NCBI RefSeq assembly: GCF_963921235.1 | Contig: NC_086101.1 | Span: forward strand, 1,426,001 to 1,490,000 | Reading direction: 5' to 3' | DNA from: Mobula hypostoma | Lineage: Eukaryota | DNA length: 64,000 nt | Part shown: positions 12,041-24,560 of the stretch, piece by piece | Numbering within the stretch: position 1 is the stretch's first letter | Layout of the letters: every line of letters begins with the position of its first letter | Translations under genes and position numbers: made by a program | The notes under the pieces: generated by a model | What the model was told of the DNA's origin: nothing | What the model saw: the letters and a program-made list of their open reading frames with translations, nothing else | Databases searched by the model: none

Positions 12041-14839
12041 GTATCTCAATGCAAGAAGCTTCAGGAGCAAAGGTGATGAACTGAGAGCTTGGATACATAC
12101 ATGGAATTATGATGTAGTGGCCATTACGGAGACTTGGCTGGCTCAGGGCAGGAATGGATTCTCAATATTCCTGGATTTCAGTGCTTTAAAAGGGATGGAG
12201 AGGGCAGAAAAAGGGGAGGAGGGGTGGGTAATGTAGCAGGATCCTCTTTTGAGTCAATATGGGTGGAAGTCAGGAACAGGAAGGGAGCAGTTACTCTATT
12301 GGGGGTATTCTATAGGCCCCCGGTAGCAGCAGAGATACAGAGGAGCAGATTGGGAGGCAGATTTTGGAAAGGTGCAAAAATAACAGGGTTGTTATCATGG
12401 GTGACTTTAACTTCCCTAATATTGATTGGCACCTGATTAATTCCAAGGGTTTAGATGGGGCAGAATTTGTTAAGTGTGTCCAGGACGGATTCCTGTCACA
12501 GCATGTGGACAGGCCGACTAGGGGAATGCCAAACTAGATCTAGTATTAGGTAATGAGCTGGGTCAGGTCACAGATCTCTCAGTGGGTGAGCATCTGGGGG
12601 ACAGTGACCACCGCTCCCTGGCCTTTAGCATTATCATGGAAAAGGATAGAATCAGAGAGGACAGGAAAATTTTTAATTGGGGAAGGGCAAATTATGAGGC
12701 TATAAGGCTAGAACTTGCGGGTGTGAATTGGGATGATGTTTTTGCGGGGAAATGTACTATGGACATGTGGTCGATGTTTAGAGATCTCTTGTAGGATGTT
12801 AGGGATAAATTTGTCCCAGTAAGGAAGATAAAGAATGGTAGGGTGAAGGAACCATGAGTGACAAGTGAGGTAGAAAATCTAGTCAGGTGGAAGAAGGCAG
12901 CGTACATGAGGTTTAGGAAGCAAGGATCAGATGGGTCTATTGAGGAACATAGGAAAGCAAGAAAGGAGCTTAAGAAGGGGCAGAGAAGAGCAAGAAGGGG
13001 GCATGAGAAGGCATTGGCGAGTAGGGTAAGGGAAAACCCCAAGGCATTCTTCAATTATGTGAAGGAAAAAAGGATGACAGGAATGAAGGTAGGACCGATT
13101 AGAGATAAAGGTGGGACGATGTGCCTGGAGGCTGTGGAAGTGAGCGAGGTCCTCAGTGAATACTTCTCTTCGGTATTGACCAGTGAGAGGGAACTTGATG
13201 ATGGTGAGGACAATATGAGTGAGGTTGATATTCTGGATCATGTTGATATTAAGGGAGAGGAGGTGTTGGAGTTGTTAAAATACATTAGGATGGATAAGCC
13301 CCCGAGGCCTGACAGAATATTCCCCAGGCTGCTCCACAAGGCGAGGGAAGAGATTGCTGAGCCTCTGGCTAGGATCTTTATGTCCTCGTTGTACATGGGA
13401 ATTGTACCAGAGGATTGGAGGGAGGCGAATGTTGTCCCCTTGTTCAAAAAAGGTAGTCGGGATAGTCCGGTTAATTATAGACCAGTGAGCCTTACGTCTG
13501 TGGTGGGAAAGCTGTTGGAAAAGATCCTTAGAGATAGGATCTCTGGGCATCTAGAGAATCATGGTCTGATCAGGGACAGTCAGCATGGCTTTGTGAAGGG
13601 CAGATGGTGTCTAACAAGCCTGATAGAGTTCTTTGAGGAGGTGACCAGGCATATAGATGAGGGTTGTGCAGTGGATGTGATCTATATGGATTTTAGTAAG
13701 GCATGTGACAAGGTTCCACACGGTAGGCTTATTTAGAAAGTCAGAAGGCATGGGATCCAGGAAAGTTTGGCCAGGTGGATTCAGAACTGGCTTGCCTGCA
13801 GAAGGCAGAGGGTGGTGGTGGAGAGAGTACATTCAGATTGGAGGATTGTGACAAGTGGTGTCCCACAAGGATCTGTTCTGGGACCTCTACTTTTCGTGAG
13901 TTTTATTAACGACCTGGATGTGGGGGTAGAAGGGTGGGTTGGCAAGTTTGCAGACGACACAAAGGTTGGTGGTGATGTAGATAGTGTAGAGGATTGTCAA
14001 AGATTGCAGAGAGACATTGATAGGATGCAGAAGTGAGCTGAGAAGTGGCAGATGGAGTTCAACCTGGAGAAGTGTGAGGTGGTACACTTTGGAAGGATAA
14101 ACTCCAAGGCAGAGTACAAAGTAAATGGCAGGATACTTGGTAGTGTGGAGGAGCAGAGGGATCTGGGGGTACATATCCACAGATCCGTGAAAGTTGCCTC
14201 ATAGGTGGCTAGGGTAGTTAAGAAAGCTTATGGGGTGTTAGCTTTCATAAGTCGAGGGATAGAGTTTAAGAGTCGCGATGTAATGATGCAGCTCTATAAA
14301 ACTCTGGTTAGGCCACACTTGGAGTACTGTGTCCATTTCTGGTTGCCTCACTATAGGAAGGATGTGGAAGCATTGGAAAGGGTACAGAGGAGATTTACCA
14401 GGATGCTGCCTGGTTTAGAGAGTATGGATTATGATCAGAGATTAAGGGAGCTAGGGCTTTACTCTTTGGAGAGAAGGAGGATGAGAGGAGACATGATAGA
14501 GGTGTACAAGATAATAAGAGGAATAGATAGAGTGGCTTACCAGCGCCGCTTCCCCAGGGCACCACTGCTCAATACAAGAGGACATGGCTTTAAGGTAAGG
14601 GGTGGGAAGTTCAAGGGGGATATTAGAGGAAGTTTTTTACTCAGAGAGTGGTTGGTGCGTGGAATACACTGCTGAGTCAGTGGTGGAGGCAGATACACTA
14701 GTGAAGTTTAAGAGACTACTAGACAGGTATATGGAGGAATTTAAGTTAGGGGCTTATATGGGAGGCAGGGTTTGAGGGTCGGCACAACATTGTGGGCCGA
14801 AGGACCTGTACTGTGCTGTACTATTCTATGTTCTATGTT
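12040..14839 (+). mobile_element. Nearly complete decayed CR1 ORF2 with 3' tail
   Basis: YLNARS...ITETW, GDFNFP, DSDH and RT motifs; ttctatgttctatgtt tail. Confidence 0.9.
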
Positions 14840-15769
14840 CCAACATTGCATTCGCCTTCTTCACCACTGATTCAACCTGGGGGTTAACCTTAAGGGTGTC
14901 CTGCACGAGGACTCCCAAGTCCTGTTGCATCTCAGAACTTTGAATTCTCTCCTCACTTAAATAATAGTCTGCCCGTTTACTTCTTCTGTCAAAGTGCATA
15001 ACCATACATTTTCCAATATTGTATTTCATTTTCCACTTGTTTGCCCATTCTCCCAATCTATCCAAGTCTCTCTGCAGACTCTCTATTTCCTCGGCACTAC
15101 CGGCCCCTCCACCTATCTTTGTATCATCAGCAAACTTAGCCACAAAGCCACTTATTCCATAATCCAAATCGTTGATGTACAATGTAAAAAGAAGCGGCCC
15201 CAACACAGACCCCTGTGGAACACCACTGGTAACCGGCAGCCAACCAGAATAGGATCCCTTTATTCCCACTCTCTGTTTCCTGCCAATCAGCCAACGCTCT
15301 ATCCACGTATGTAACTTTCCCGTAATTCCATGGGCTCTTATCTTGTTAAGTAGCCTCATGTGTGGCACCTTGTCATAGGCCTTCTGAAAATCCAAATATT
15401 CAACGTCCACTGCATCTCCCTTGTCTAGCCTACTTGTAATTTCCTCAAAATATTGCAATAGGTTTGTCAGGCAGGATTTTCCTTTAAGGAATCCCTGCTG
15501 AGTTCTGCCTATCTTGTCATATGCCTCCAGGTACTCTGTAACTTCATCCTTGACAATCGACTCCAACAACTTCCCAACCACCGATGTCAAGCTAACAGGT
15601 CTATAATTTCCTTTTTGCTTCCTTGCCCCCTTCTTAAATAGCGGAGTGACATTTGCAATCTTCCAGTCCTCTGGAACCATGACAGAATCTATTGACTTTT
15701 GAAAGATCATTGCTAATGCCTCCGCAATCTCCGCAGCTACTCCTTCAGAACACGAGGGTGCAGTTTTGG

Positions 15770-16443
15770 GGGGGAGGACAAGATGGCGGCGCAACGCAGC
15801 GTGCGCGGCCACTCTGAAATGATATCAGTATTTGTTAAGTTGGTACCATGCACAATCCCGATTTGATGGAGACAGACGTGAGAAGCACGGAGGAACATCT
15901 GGAGAAACTTCTGAAATGTCCGCTTCGCTGCCGCTGCTACTGTGCGATCGAGAATCTCCGGAGACGAAGGCCCCAAATCCTCGGCTTTGCCTGTTACTGG
16001 GGCCGGGGTCGAAGCGCTCAGCAGAGGTGGTGCCCGGTGCTTGGTGTCGGAGGGCTGGTTGGAGGCTCGAAGTTTTTGGACGGACTCAAGAGTCGGCTGT
16101 GGTCGGGTGCTTCCAGGGTGCTGCATCAGCAAGTTTGCGGCGCTGGAGGTTCATGGCAGGGAGAGTTTCTCCCTTCTACTGTCTGCGTGTGATGATGGGA
16201 CTTTCGAGAGACTTTGAGACTTTTTTTTTTACCGTGCTTATGGTCTGTTCTTATCAAATTACGGTATTGCTTTGCACTGTTGGAACTATATGTATAATTA
16301 TGTGGTTTTTGTCAGTTTTTTAAATCTTGGTTTGTCTTGTGTTTCTGTGATATCATACTGGAGGAACATTGTATCATTTCTTAATGCATGCATTACTAAA
16401 TGACAATAAAAGAGGACTGTGTGTCCTCATAATCTAATCTAAT
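15770..16443 (+). mobile_element. Non-autonomous retroposon with (TCTAA)n tail, copy 2
   Basis: Starts ggaggacaagatggcggcg; ends aataaaagaggactgtgtgtcctcataatctaatctaat; CpG-rich; interrupts the CR1. Confidence 0.75.
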
Positions 16444-17237
16444 CCATCTGGTCCGGGGGATTTATCTACCCTTAGACTATTCAGCTTCCTGAGTACTTTC
16501 TCTGTCGTAATTGTGACTGTACATACTTCTCTTCCCTAACGCCCTTGAGTGTCCGGTATATTGCTGATGTCTTCCTCAGTGAAGACTGATGCAAAATATT
16601 TGTTCAGTTCCTCCACCATCTCCTTATCTCCCATTACAATTTCTCCAGCATCATTTTCTATCGGTCCTATATCTACTCTCACCTGTCTTTTACTCTTTAT
16701 ATACTTGGAAAAGCTTTTAGTATCCTCTTTGATATTATTTGCTAGCTTCTTTTCATAGTTTATCTTTTCCCTCTTAATGATCTTCTTAGTTTCCTTGTGT
16801 AAGCTTTTAGAAGCTTCCCAATCCTCTGTCTTCCCACTAATTTTTGCTTGCTTGTATGCCCTCTTCTTTGCTTTAACTTTGGCTTTGACTTCTCTTGTCA
16901 GCCACAGTTGCATCATTTTTCTATTCGAAAATTTCTTCTTTTTTGGAATATATCTGTCTTGCACTTTCCTCATTTCTCACATAAACTCCAGCCAGTGCTG
17001 CTCTGCTGTCCTTCCCGCTAGTGTCCCTTTCCAGTCAACTTTGGCTAATTCCTCTCTCATGCCACTGTAATTTCCTTTACTCCACTGAAATACCGACACA
17101 TCGGATTTCGGCTTCTCTTTCTCAAATTTCACAGTGAACGCAATCATGTTATGATCACTACCTCCTAAGGGTTCCTTCACCTCAATCTCTCTAATCACCT
17201 CTGGTTCATTACACAATACCCAATCCAGTAAAGTATT

Positions 17238-17569
17238 GGCACGTGGCCAAGTGGTTAAGGCATTGGTCTAGTGATCTGAAGGTCGCTAGTTCGAGCCTCA
17301 GCTGAGGCAGGATGTTGTGTCCTTGAGCAAGGCACTTAACCACACATTGCTCTGCAATGGCACTGGTGCCAAGCTGTATTGGCCCTAGCGCCCTTCCCTT
17401 GGACAACATCGGTAGCGTGGAGAGGGGAGACTTGCAGCATGGGCAACTGCCAGTCTTCAATACAACCTTGCTCAGGCCCACACCCTGGAAACCTTCCAAG
17501 GTGCAAATCCATGGTCTCACGAGACTAACGGATGCCTATTTTATATATATATATAAAAATAAAATATAA
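17238..17569 (+). mobile_element. tRNA-derived SINE
   Basis: A-box TGGCCAAGTGG, B-box-like AGTTCGAGC, AT-rich tail, flanking duplication AATCC(A/G)GTA. Confidence 0.8.
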
Positions 17570-18189
17570 AATCCGGTACAGCCAATCCCCTAGTGGGCTC
17601 AACAACAAGCTGTTCTAAAAAGCCATCTCGCAGACATTCTACAAATTCTCTCTCTTGAGATCCAGTGCCGACCTGATTTTCCTAATCCACTCGCATGTTA
17701 AAATCCCCTACAATTATCATAACACTGCCCTTCTGACAAGCCTTTTCTATTTCCTGTTGTAATTTGTAGTCCACATCACTGCAGCTGTTCGGAGGTCTGT
17801 ATATAACTGCCATCAGGGTCCTTTTACCCCTGCAATTTCTTAGCTCAACCTATAAAGATTCGACACCTTCCGATCCTATGTCACCTCTTTCTAATGATTT
17901 AATATCATTTCTTACCAATAAAGCCACACCACCCCCTCTGCCTACCTGCCTATCCTTCCGATACACCGTGTATCCTTGGACGTTCAGCTCCCATAGACAT
18001 GTATCCTTTAGCCAGATCTCAGTGATGGCCACAATTTTATCATTACCATTTTACCATTATGACTCTATCAGATATGGGCCAAAACCCACCCATTGCATTG
18101 TAGATTTTCTTCTTCATAATAATTCCAACATCATTGGCATGGCTCTCTGCTCCATCAATATTCTGGAGCCTGACTGATGTGATTTGTGG

Positions 18190-18670
18190 CAAGATGTTGC
18201 ACTTTGGGGGGCGTTGTAGAATTTGGAAATGCTACGTCTGGAGCAGTCTGTTGTATGGAGTCGAATCGTAGACCTTATGCAAGGAAGCACAACGACAACT
18301 GGAGGTGTTTGAAATGTGGTGTCCAAGGAGAATGCAGAAAATTAGACGGGTGATGAAGGTCAGTAATATGGAAGTGTTGAAGAGAGTGAGGAGAGAAAAG
18401 GAGTTGCTGAAGAATGTGCAGAAGAGGAAGCTGGAATATGCCGGGCACTTGTTAAGAGGTGGTGGACTGCAGAAATTGTTATTGGAAGGGATGATAGAAG
18501 GAAAGAGGGAAAGAGGAAGGCAGTGAACCACTTGGTACGATAATGTGAGGCAATGGACTGGGTTGAGTTATCCTGAGGCCAGAAAAAGGGCGCAAGATCG
18601 AAGAAGATGGAGGTGCATAGCCGCCAATCCCGGATTTGGGACGGCACCCACTGACTGACTGACTGACTGA
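18190..18670 (+). mobile_element. RTE-clade LINE 3' fragment
   Basis: SLLYGVES, FEMWCPRRM...RKLEYAGHLLR...EGMIEGKRERGR; (CTGA)n tail. Confidence 0.8.
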
Positions 18671-18859
18671 GGGAAACTGCTGTCTGCTGGCTCCATCTTA
18701 TATGCTGGTATGCCTCTACCTTTTATTTGGCCAACTATAGCAGTGTCATCGGCAAACTTACATATAGCATTGGAACTGTGCTTCACCTCACATTCATCAG
18801 TATAAAGCAAGGTGTGCTAAATTCTCCCTGATGTGTGAGAGGGACAAAATAGAGTCAGA

Positions 18860-20060
18860 TGTATTAGTATTACTGTGGAGTAATGAGAATTACAGAGGCG
18901 TAAGAGAGTGTTAATTGGAAGGGGTCACTAGCTGGGTTGATGGTGGAACAACAATGCTTCTGGGCAAACTCGGAAAGTGCAGGAAAGGTACATACCAAAG
19001 ATGAAGTATTCTAAAGGGTGGATGCGTCAACCGTGGCTTACAATGGAAGTCAAGACAGCTTAAAGAGGTCTTCCGCAGGGGTCTGTGTTGGGACCACTTC
19101 TTTTTATGCTGTATATAAATGATTTAGATGATGAAATAGTTGGCTTTGTTGCCAAGTTTGCAGATGATACGAAGATTAGTGGAGGGCAGCTAATGTTGAA
19201 GAAACAGGTAGGAGGAAGAAGGACAGGCAGATTAGGAAAATGAACAAGAAAGTGGCAAATGAAATGCAGTGTTGTAAAATCCATGGTCATGTACTTTGGT
19301 AGTAGAATAAATGTGCAGACTTTTTTCAAAAAGGGGAGAAAATCCAAAAATCTGAGATGCAAAGGGACTTGGGAGTCCTTGGGCAGAACACCCTGAAGGT
19401 TAACTTGCAGGTAGAGTCAGTGGTGAGGAAGGCAAATACAGAGTTAGCATTCATTTCAGGAGGTCTGGAATACAAGAGCAGGGATGTGATGCTCAAGGTG
19501 AGGCCTCACCTTGAGTACTGTGAACAGTTTTGGGTCCCTCATCGTAGAAGAGATGTGCTGGCATTGGAGAGGGTCCAGAAGAGGTTCACAAGGATGACTG
19601 AAGGAATGAAAGGGTTATCATACAAGGAGCATTTGATAGCTCTGGGTCTGTACGCTGAAATTTAGAAGGATGCGGGGGCGGGGGAGTCCTCATTAAAACC
19701 TTTCAAATGTTGAAAGGCCCAGACACAGTAAATGTGGAAAGGATGTTTCCCCAGGTGGGAGAGTCTGGGATGAGAGGGCGCAGCCTCAGGATAGAGGGGT
19801 GTCCATTCAAAACAGAGATGCGGAGAAATTTCTTTAGCCAGAGGGTGGTGAATTTGTGGAATTTGTTGCCTCGTGCAGCTGTGGAGGTGTATTTAAGGCA
19901 GAGATTGATAGGTTCTTGATTGGACATGGCATCAAAGATTACAGGGATAAGGCGGGGAAATGACGTTGAGGAGGAGAAAAAAAGGATCAGCCATGATTGA
20001 ATGGCAGAGCAGACGCGATGCGCCTATGGCCTGATTCTGCTCCTATGTCTTATGGTCGAA
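18860..20060 (+). mobile_element. Decayed CR1 fragment
   Basis: QRDLGV, RPHLEYC, RRNFFSQRVVNLWN and CR1 3' UTR. Confidence 0.8.
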
Positions 20061-20459
20061 GTATAAAGGTAAGCTATCCAATAATGTAAATGAGGATACC
20101 AAAAGGGTTTTTTCCAGATAGAAGCAGCTTTGACCAGTTTTGGGATTGATTAGCAAGAGCATATTAAAGGAAGGCTTGGGCAAGTCGCGGCCATCGTCTG
20201 AGTGGACTGTCAGAGTGGCGATCTTGAGGCTTTAGCTCTTTGAGACTTCCACAAAGACCGACTTCACTCAATGAAAACAAAGGAAGGAAAAGCTTAAGTT
20301 TTATCTTCTTCTTCTTCTTGCGCCCTTAACTCCTGGTGGAGTCGTCGGGGCACTGTCATGATAAGCTTTGCACCAGTGTTTTGGTGTGCTCATCATGCGG
20401 CGTGTCTTGGGCATCTGAAACGTGGCGGAGCCCATCCCTCTCCAGTTTTATCTGTCCCT

Positions 20460-23400
20460 CCTTAATATCTACTCAGCTAGAACAATTTAGATGCCAGGCA
20501 GGATAGTGGAGTGCTCCTCGTGCAGGATGCAGGAAGGCATGGAGACCTCCTGTGTCCCTGGTGAGTGTAACTGTGGGAAGTGCATATAGCTGCAACTTCT
20601 AACAAACTGCGTTAAGGATCTGGAGCTGGAACTGGATGAATGGATCATTCGAGAGGATGAGGGGGTATTAATCTTGGGGGTTGCACCCAAGGTGCAGGAC
20701 ACAAGAAACCAGGTGACAGTCAGGAAGGGAAAGGAGTTAAGGAGCCAGTGCAGAGTATCCCGTGGCCATCCCCCTCAACAAGAGGATATCACATTGGATA
20801 TTGTCGGGACAGATGAACTAATTGAGGAAAGTCACAGTGAGTGAGTCTCCAGCATTGAGCCTCTCTGATTCAGAAGGGAAGGGGGAGATGGAGCATGCAG
20901 TGCTAATATGGGAACAGGCAGAAGGTTTTGTGGGTGAGAACGAGATTCCCACATGCTATTTTGCCTCCCGGGTGCCAGGGTCCGGGATATCTTGGATCGA
21001 GCCCTTGGCATTCTTAAATGGGTTGGTGAACAGCCAGAAGTCATGGGTAGGACATGGGTAGGATGAGTAACAAGGTTCAGCATAGGGAGTTCAAGGAAGT
21101 GCTAAGTTAAAGGGCGAGATCTGAAGGGTTGTGATCTCAGGATTGTTACCCGTGCCAAGTGCAAGTGAGGCCAGAATTAGGAAGATTATACAGTTTAATA
21201 TGTTGTAGGAGGGAGGGCATCAGATTTTTGGATCATTGGGCTCTCTTCCAGTGGAACTGGGACCTGTACAGAAGGGACAGCTCTGTTTTTCTCAGCTCCA
21301 TGTACCTATCCAGGAGTCTCTTAAAAGACCCGATTGTATCTGGCTCCACCACCATCACTGGTGGCGCATTCCACACACTCACCACTCTCTGCGTAAAAAA
21401 AATCTTTCCCCTGACATCTCCATCGTACCTACTTCCAAGCACCTTAAAACTGTGCCCTCTCATGCTAGCCATTTCAGCCATGGGAAAAAACCTCCGACTA
21501 TCCACACAATCATCATCTTATACAACTGTATCAGGTCACCTCTCATCGTCCGTCACTCCAAGGAGAAAAGGCCCAGTTCACTCACCCTATTCTCATAAGG
21601 CTGGGAGGTGGGAACCAAACTGAAGAGATGGAGGAAGGGGCGGTTGGCTCACAAATTGAGAAAACTTGTAGACAGTGTGTGAGGGAGGATAGGCAGGTCA
21701 TAGAGAAGGGATATGCTCAGACTGATGGTTTGAGATGTGCCCATTTTAATGCAAGGAGTATCATGAACAAAGCGGATGAGCTTATAGCGTAGATCAGTAC
21801 TTGGAGCTATGATATTGCAGCCATTATAGAGACTTGAATGGTTCAGGGACAGGAATGACTACTTAGTGCCAGGCTTTCGATGTTTTGGATAGGACAGGGA
21901 GGGAGGCAAAAGAGGTGGGGGCATGGCACTGTTGATCAGGGATAGTGTCATGGCTGCAGAAAAGGAGGAAGTCATGGACGGATTGTCTACTGAGTCTCTG
22001 TGGGTGGAAGTTAGGAACAGGAAGGGGTCAATAACTCTACTGGGCGTATTTTATAGACCACCTGATAGTAACAGGGACATCAAGGAGCAGGAAGGGAGAC
22101 AGATTCTGGAAAGGTGTAATAATAACAGGATGGTCGTGGTGAGAGATTTAAATTTCCCCAATATTGATTGACATCTCCCTAGGCAAGGGGTTTAGCCGGG
22201 GTGGAGTTTGTTAGGTGTGTTCAGCAAGGTTTCCTGAGACAATATGTAGATAAGCCTACAAGAGGAGAGACTTTACTTTATCTGGTCAGGTGTCAGTTCT
22301 TTCAGTGAGAGAGATAGTGATCACAATTCTATCTCCTTCACCATAGCATTGGAGAGGGATAGGAACATACAAGTTAGGAAAGCGTTTAATTGGAGTAAGG
22401 GGGAAATATGAAGCTATCGGGCAGGAATTTGGAAGCATAAATTGGGAACAGATGTCCTCAGGGAAATGTATGGCAGAAATGTGGCAAATGTTCTGGGATA
22501 TTTGCGTGGTGTCCTGCATAGGTACGTTCCAATGAGACAGGGAAAGGATGGTAGGGTACAGGAACCATGGTGTACAAAGGCCATTGAAAATCTAATCGAG
22601 AAGAAAAGAAGAGCTTACGAAAGTTTCAAAAAACTAGGTAATGATAGAGATCTAGAAAATTATAAGGCTAGCAGGAAGGAGCTTAAGAATTAAATTAGGA
22701 AAGCCAGAAGGAGCCATGAGAAGGCTTTGTCAAGCAGGATTAAGGAAAACCCCACAGCATTCTACAAGTATGTGAAGAGCAAGAGGATAAGACATAAGAG
22801 AATAGGACCAATCAAGTGTGACAGTGGAGAAGTTTGTATGGAACTGGAGGAGATAGCAGAGGTACTTAATGAATACTTTCCTTCAGTAATCACCACGGAA
22901 AAGGACCTTGGTGATTGTAGGGATGACTTACAGAGGACAGAAAAGCTTGAGCATATAGACGTTAAGAAAGAGAATATGCTGGAGCTTTAGGAAAGCATAA
23001 AGTTGGATAAGTTTCTGGGACTGGACAAGATGTACCCCAGGCTACTGTGGGAGGCAAAGGAGGAGACTGCTGAGCCTCTAGCAATTACCTTTGCATCATT
23101 AATGGCGATGGGAGAGGTTTCGGAAGATTGGAGGGTTGCAGATGTTTTTCCCTTATTCAAGAAAGGGAGTAGAGATAGCCCAGGAGATTATAGACCAGTG
23201 AGTATTACCTCAGTAGTTGATAAGTTGATGGAGAAGATCCTGAGAGGCAGGATTTATGAACATTTGGAGAGGCATAATATGATTAGGAATAGTCAGCATG
23301 GCTTTGTCAAAGGCCGGTCGCACCTTGAGCCTGACTGAATTATTTGAGGATGTGACTAAACACATTGATGAAGGAAGAGCAGTAGATGTAGTGTATATGG

Positions 23401-24560
23401 ATTTCAACAAGGCATTTCACAAGTTACCCCATGCAAGGCTTATTGAGAAAGTAAGGAGGCATGGGATCCAAGGGGACCTTGCTTTGTGGATCCAGAATTG
23501 GCTTGCCCACAGAAGGCAAAGAGTGGTTGTAGATGGGTCATATTCTGCATGGAGGGCGGTGACCAATGGTGTGCCTCTGGGATCTGTTCTGGGACCCTTT
23601 CTCTTCGTGATTTTTATAAATGGCCTGGATGAGGAAGTGGAGGGATGGTTAGTAAGTTTGCTGATGACACAAAGGTTGGGGGTGTTGTGGATAGTGTGGA
23701 GGACTGTCAGAGGTTTCAGCGGGACATTGATAGGATATAAAACTGGGCTGAGAAGTGGCAGGTGGAGTTCAACCCAGGTAAGTGTGAAGTGGTTCATTTT
23801 GGTGGGTCAAATATGATGACAGAATATAGTATTAATGGTAAGACTCTTGGCAGTGTGGAGGATCAGAGGGATCTCGGGGTCCATGTCCATAGGATACTCA
23901 AAGCTGCTGCGCTGGTTGACTTGTTCTTACGAAGGCATACAGTATTTTGGCCTTCAGCAACCTTGGGATTGAGTTCAAGAGCCGAGAGGTAATGTTAGAG
24001 CTTTATAGGACCCTGGTCAGACCCCACTTACAGTATTGTGCTCAGTTCTGGTCACCTCGCTGCAGGAAGGATGTGGAAACTATAGAAAGGGTGCAGAGAA
24101 GATTTACAAGGATGTTGCCTAGATTGGGGAGAATACCTTAAGAGAATAGGTTGAGTTAACTTGGCTTTTCTCCTTGGAGCAACGGAGGATGAGAGCTGAC
24201 CTGGAATAGTGTATAAGATGATGAGAGGCATTGATCGTGTGGATAGTCAGAGGCTTTTTCCCAGGGCTGAAATGGTCACCACAAGAGGACACAGGTTTAA
24301 GGTGGTTGGAAGCAGAAAACAGAGGGGATGTCAAGGGTAAGTTTTTTCCGCAAAGAGTGGTGAGTGCGTGGAATGGGCTGCCGGTGTCGGTGGTAAAGGC
24401 TGGTACAATAGGGTCTTTTAAGAGGCTCCTGGATAAGTACAGGGAGCTGAGAAAAATAGAGGGCTGTGGGTAACTCTAAGTAATTTCTAAATTACATGTT
24501 CGGCACAACATTGTGTGCCAAAGGTCCTGTATTGTGCTGTAGGTTTTCTATGTTTCTATG
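20460..24560 (+). mobile_element. Near full-length decayed CR1 (ORF1 remnant and ORF2), with an inverted CR1 3' piece at about 21280-21600
   Basis: ORF1-like Cys motif near 20510, then EN and RT motifs; tail ttttctatgtttctatg. Confidence 0.8.

Larger units (their letters stand above)
14840..18035 (-). mobile_element. CR1 ORF2 (EN and RT), interrupted twice
   Basis: Collinear minus-strand ORFs 17850-18032, 16977-17216, 16536-16973 and 14826-15812. Confidence 0.9.

Noticed and set aside
11604..12236. 210-aa ORF with no single family match
   Set aside because: Chance read-through of LTR, CR1, L1 and CR1 fragments.
14826..15812. 328-aa minus-strand ORF as a host gene
   Set aside because: CR1 RT fragment whose start codon is borrowed from an inserted element.
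17238..17320. tRNA gene
   Set aside because: A and B boxes continue into a SINE body with an AT tail and TSD; no convincing cloverleaf.
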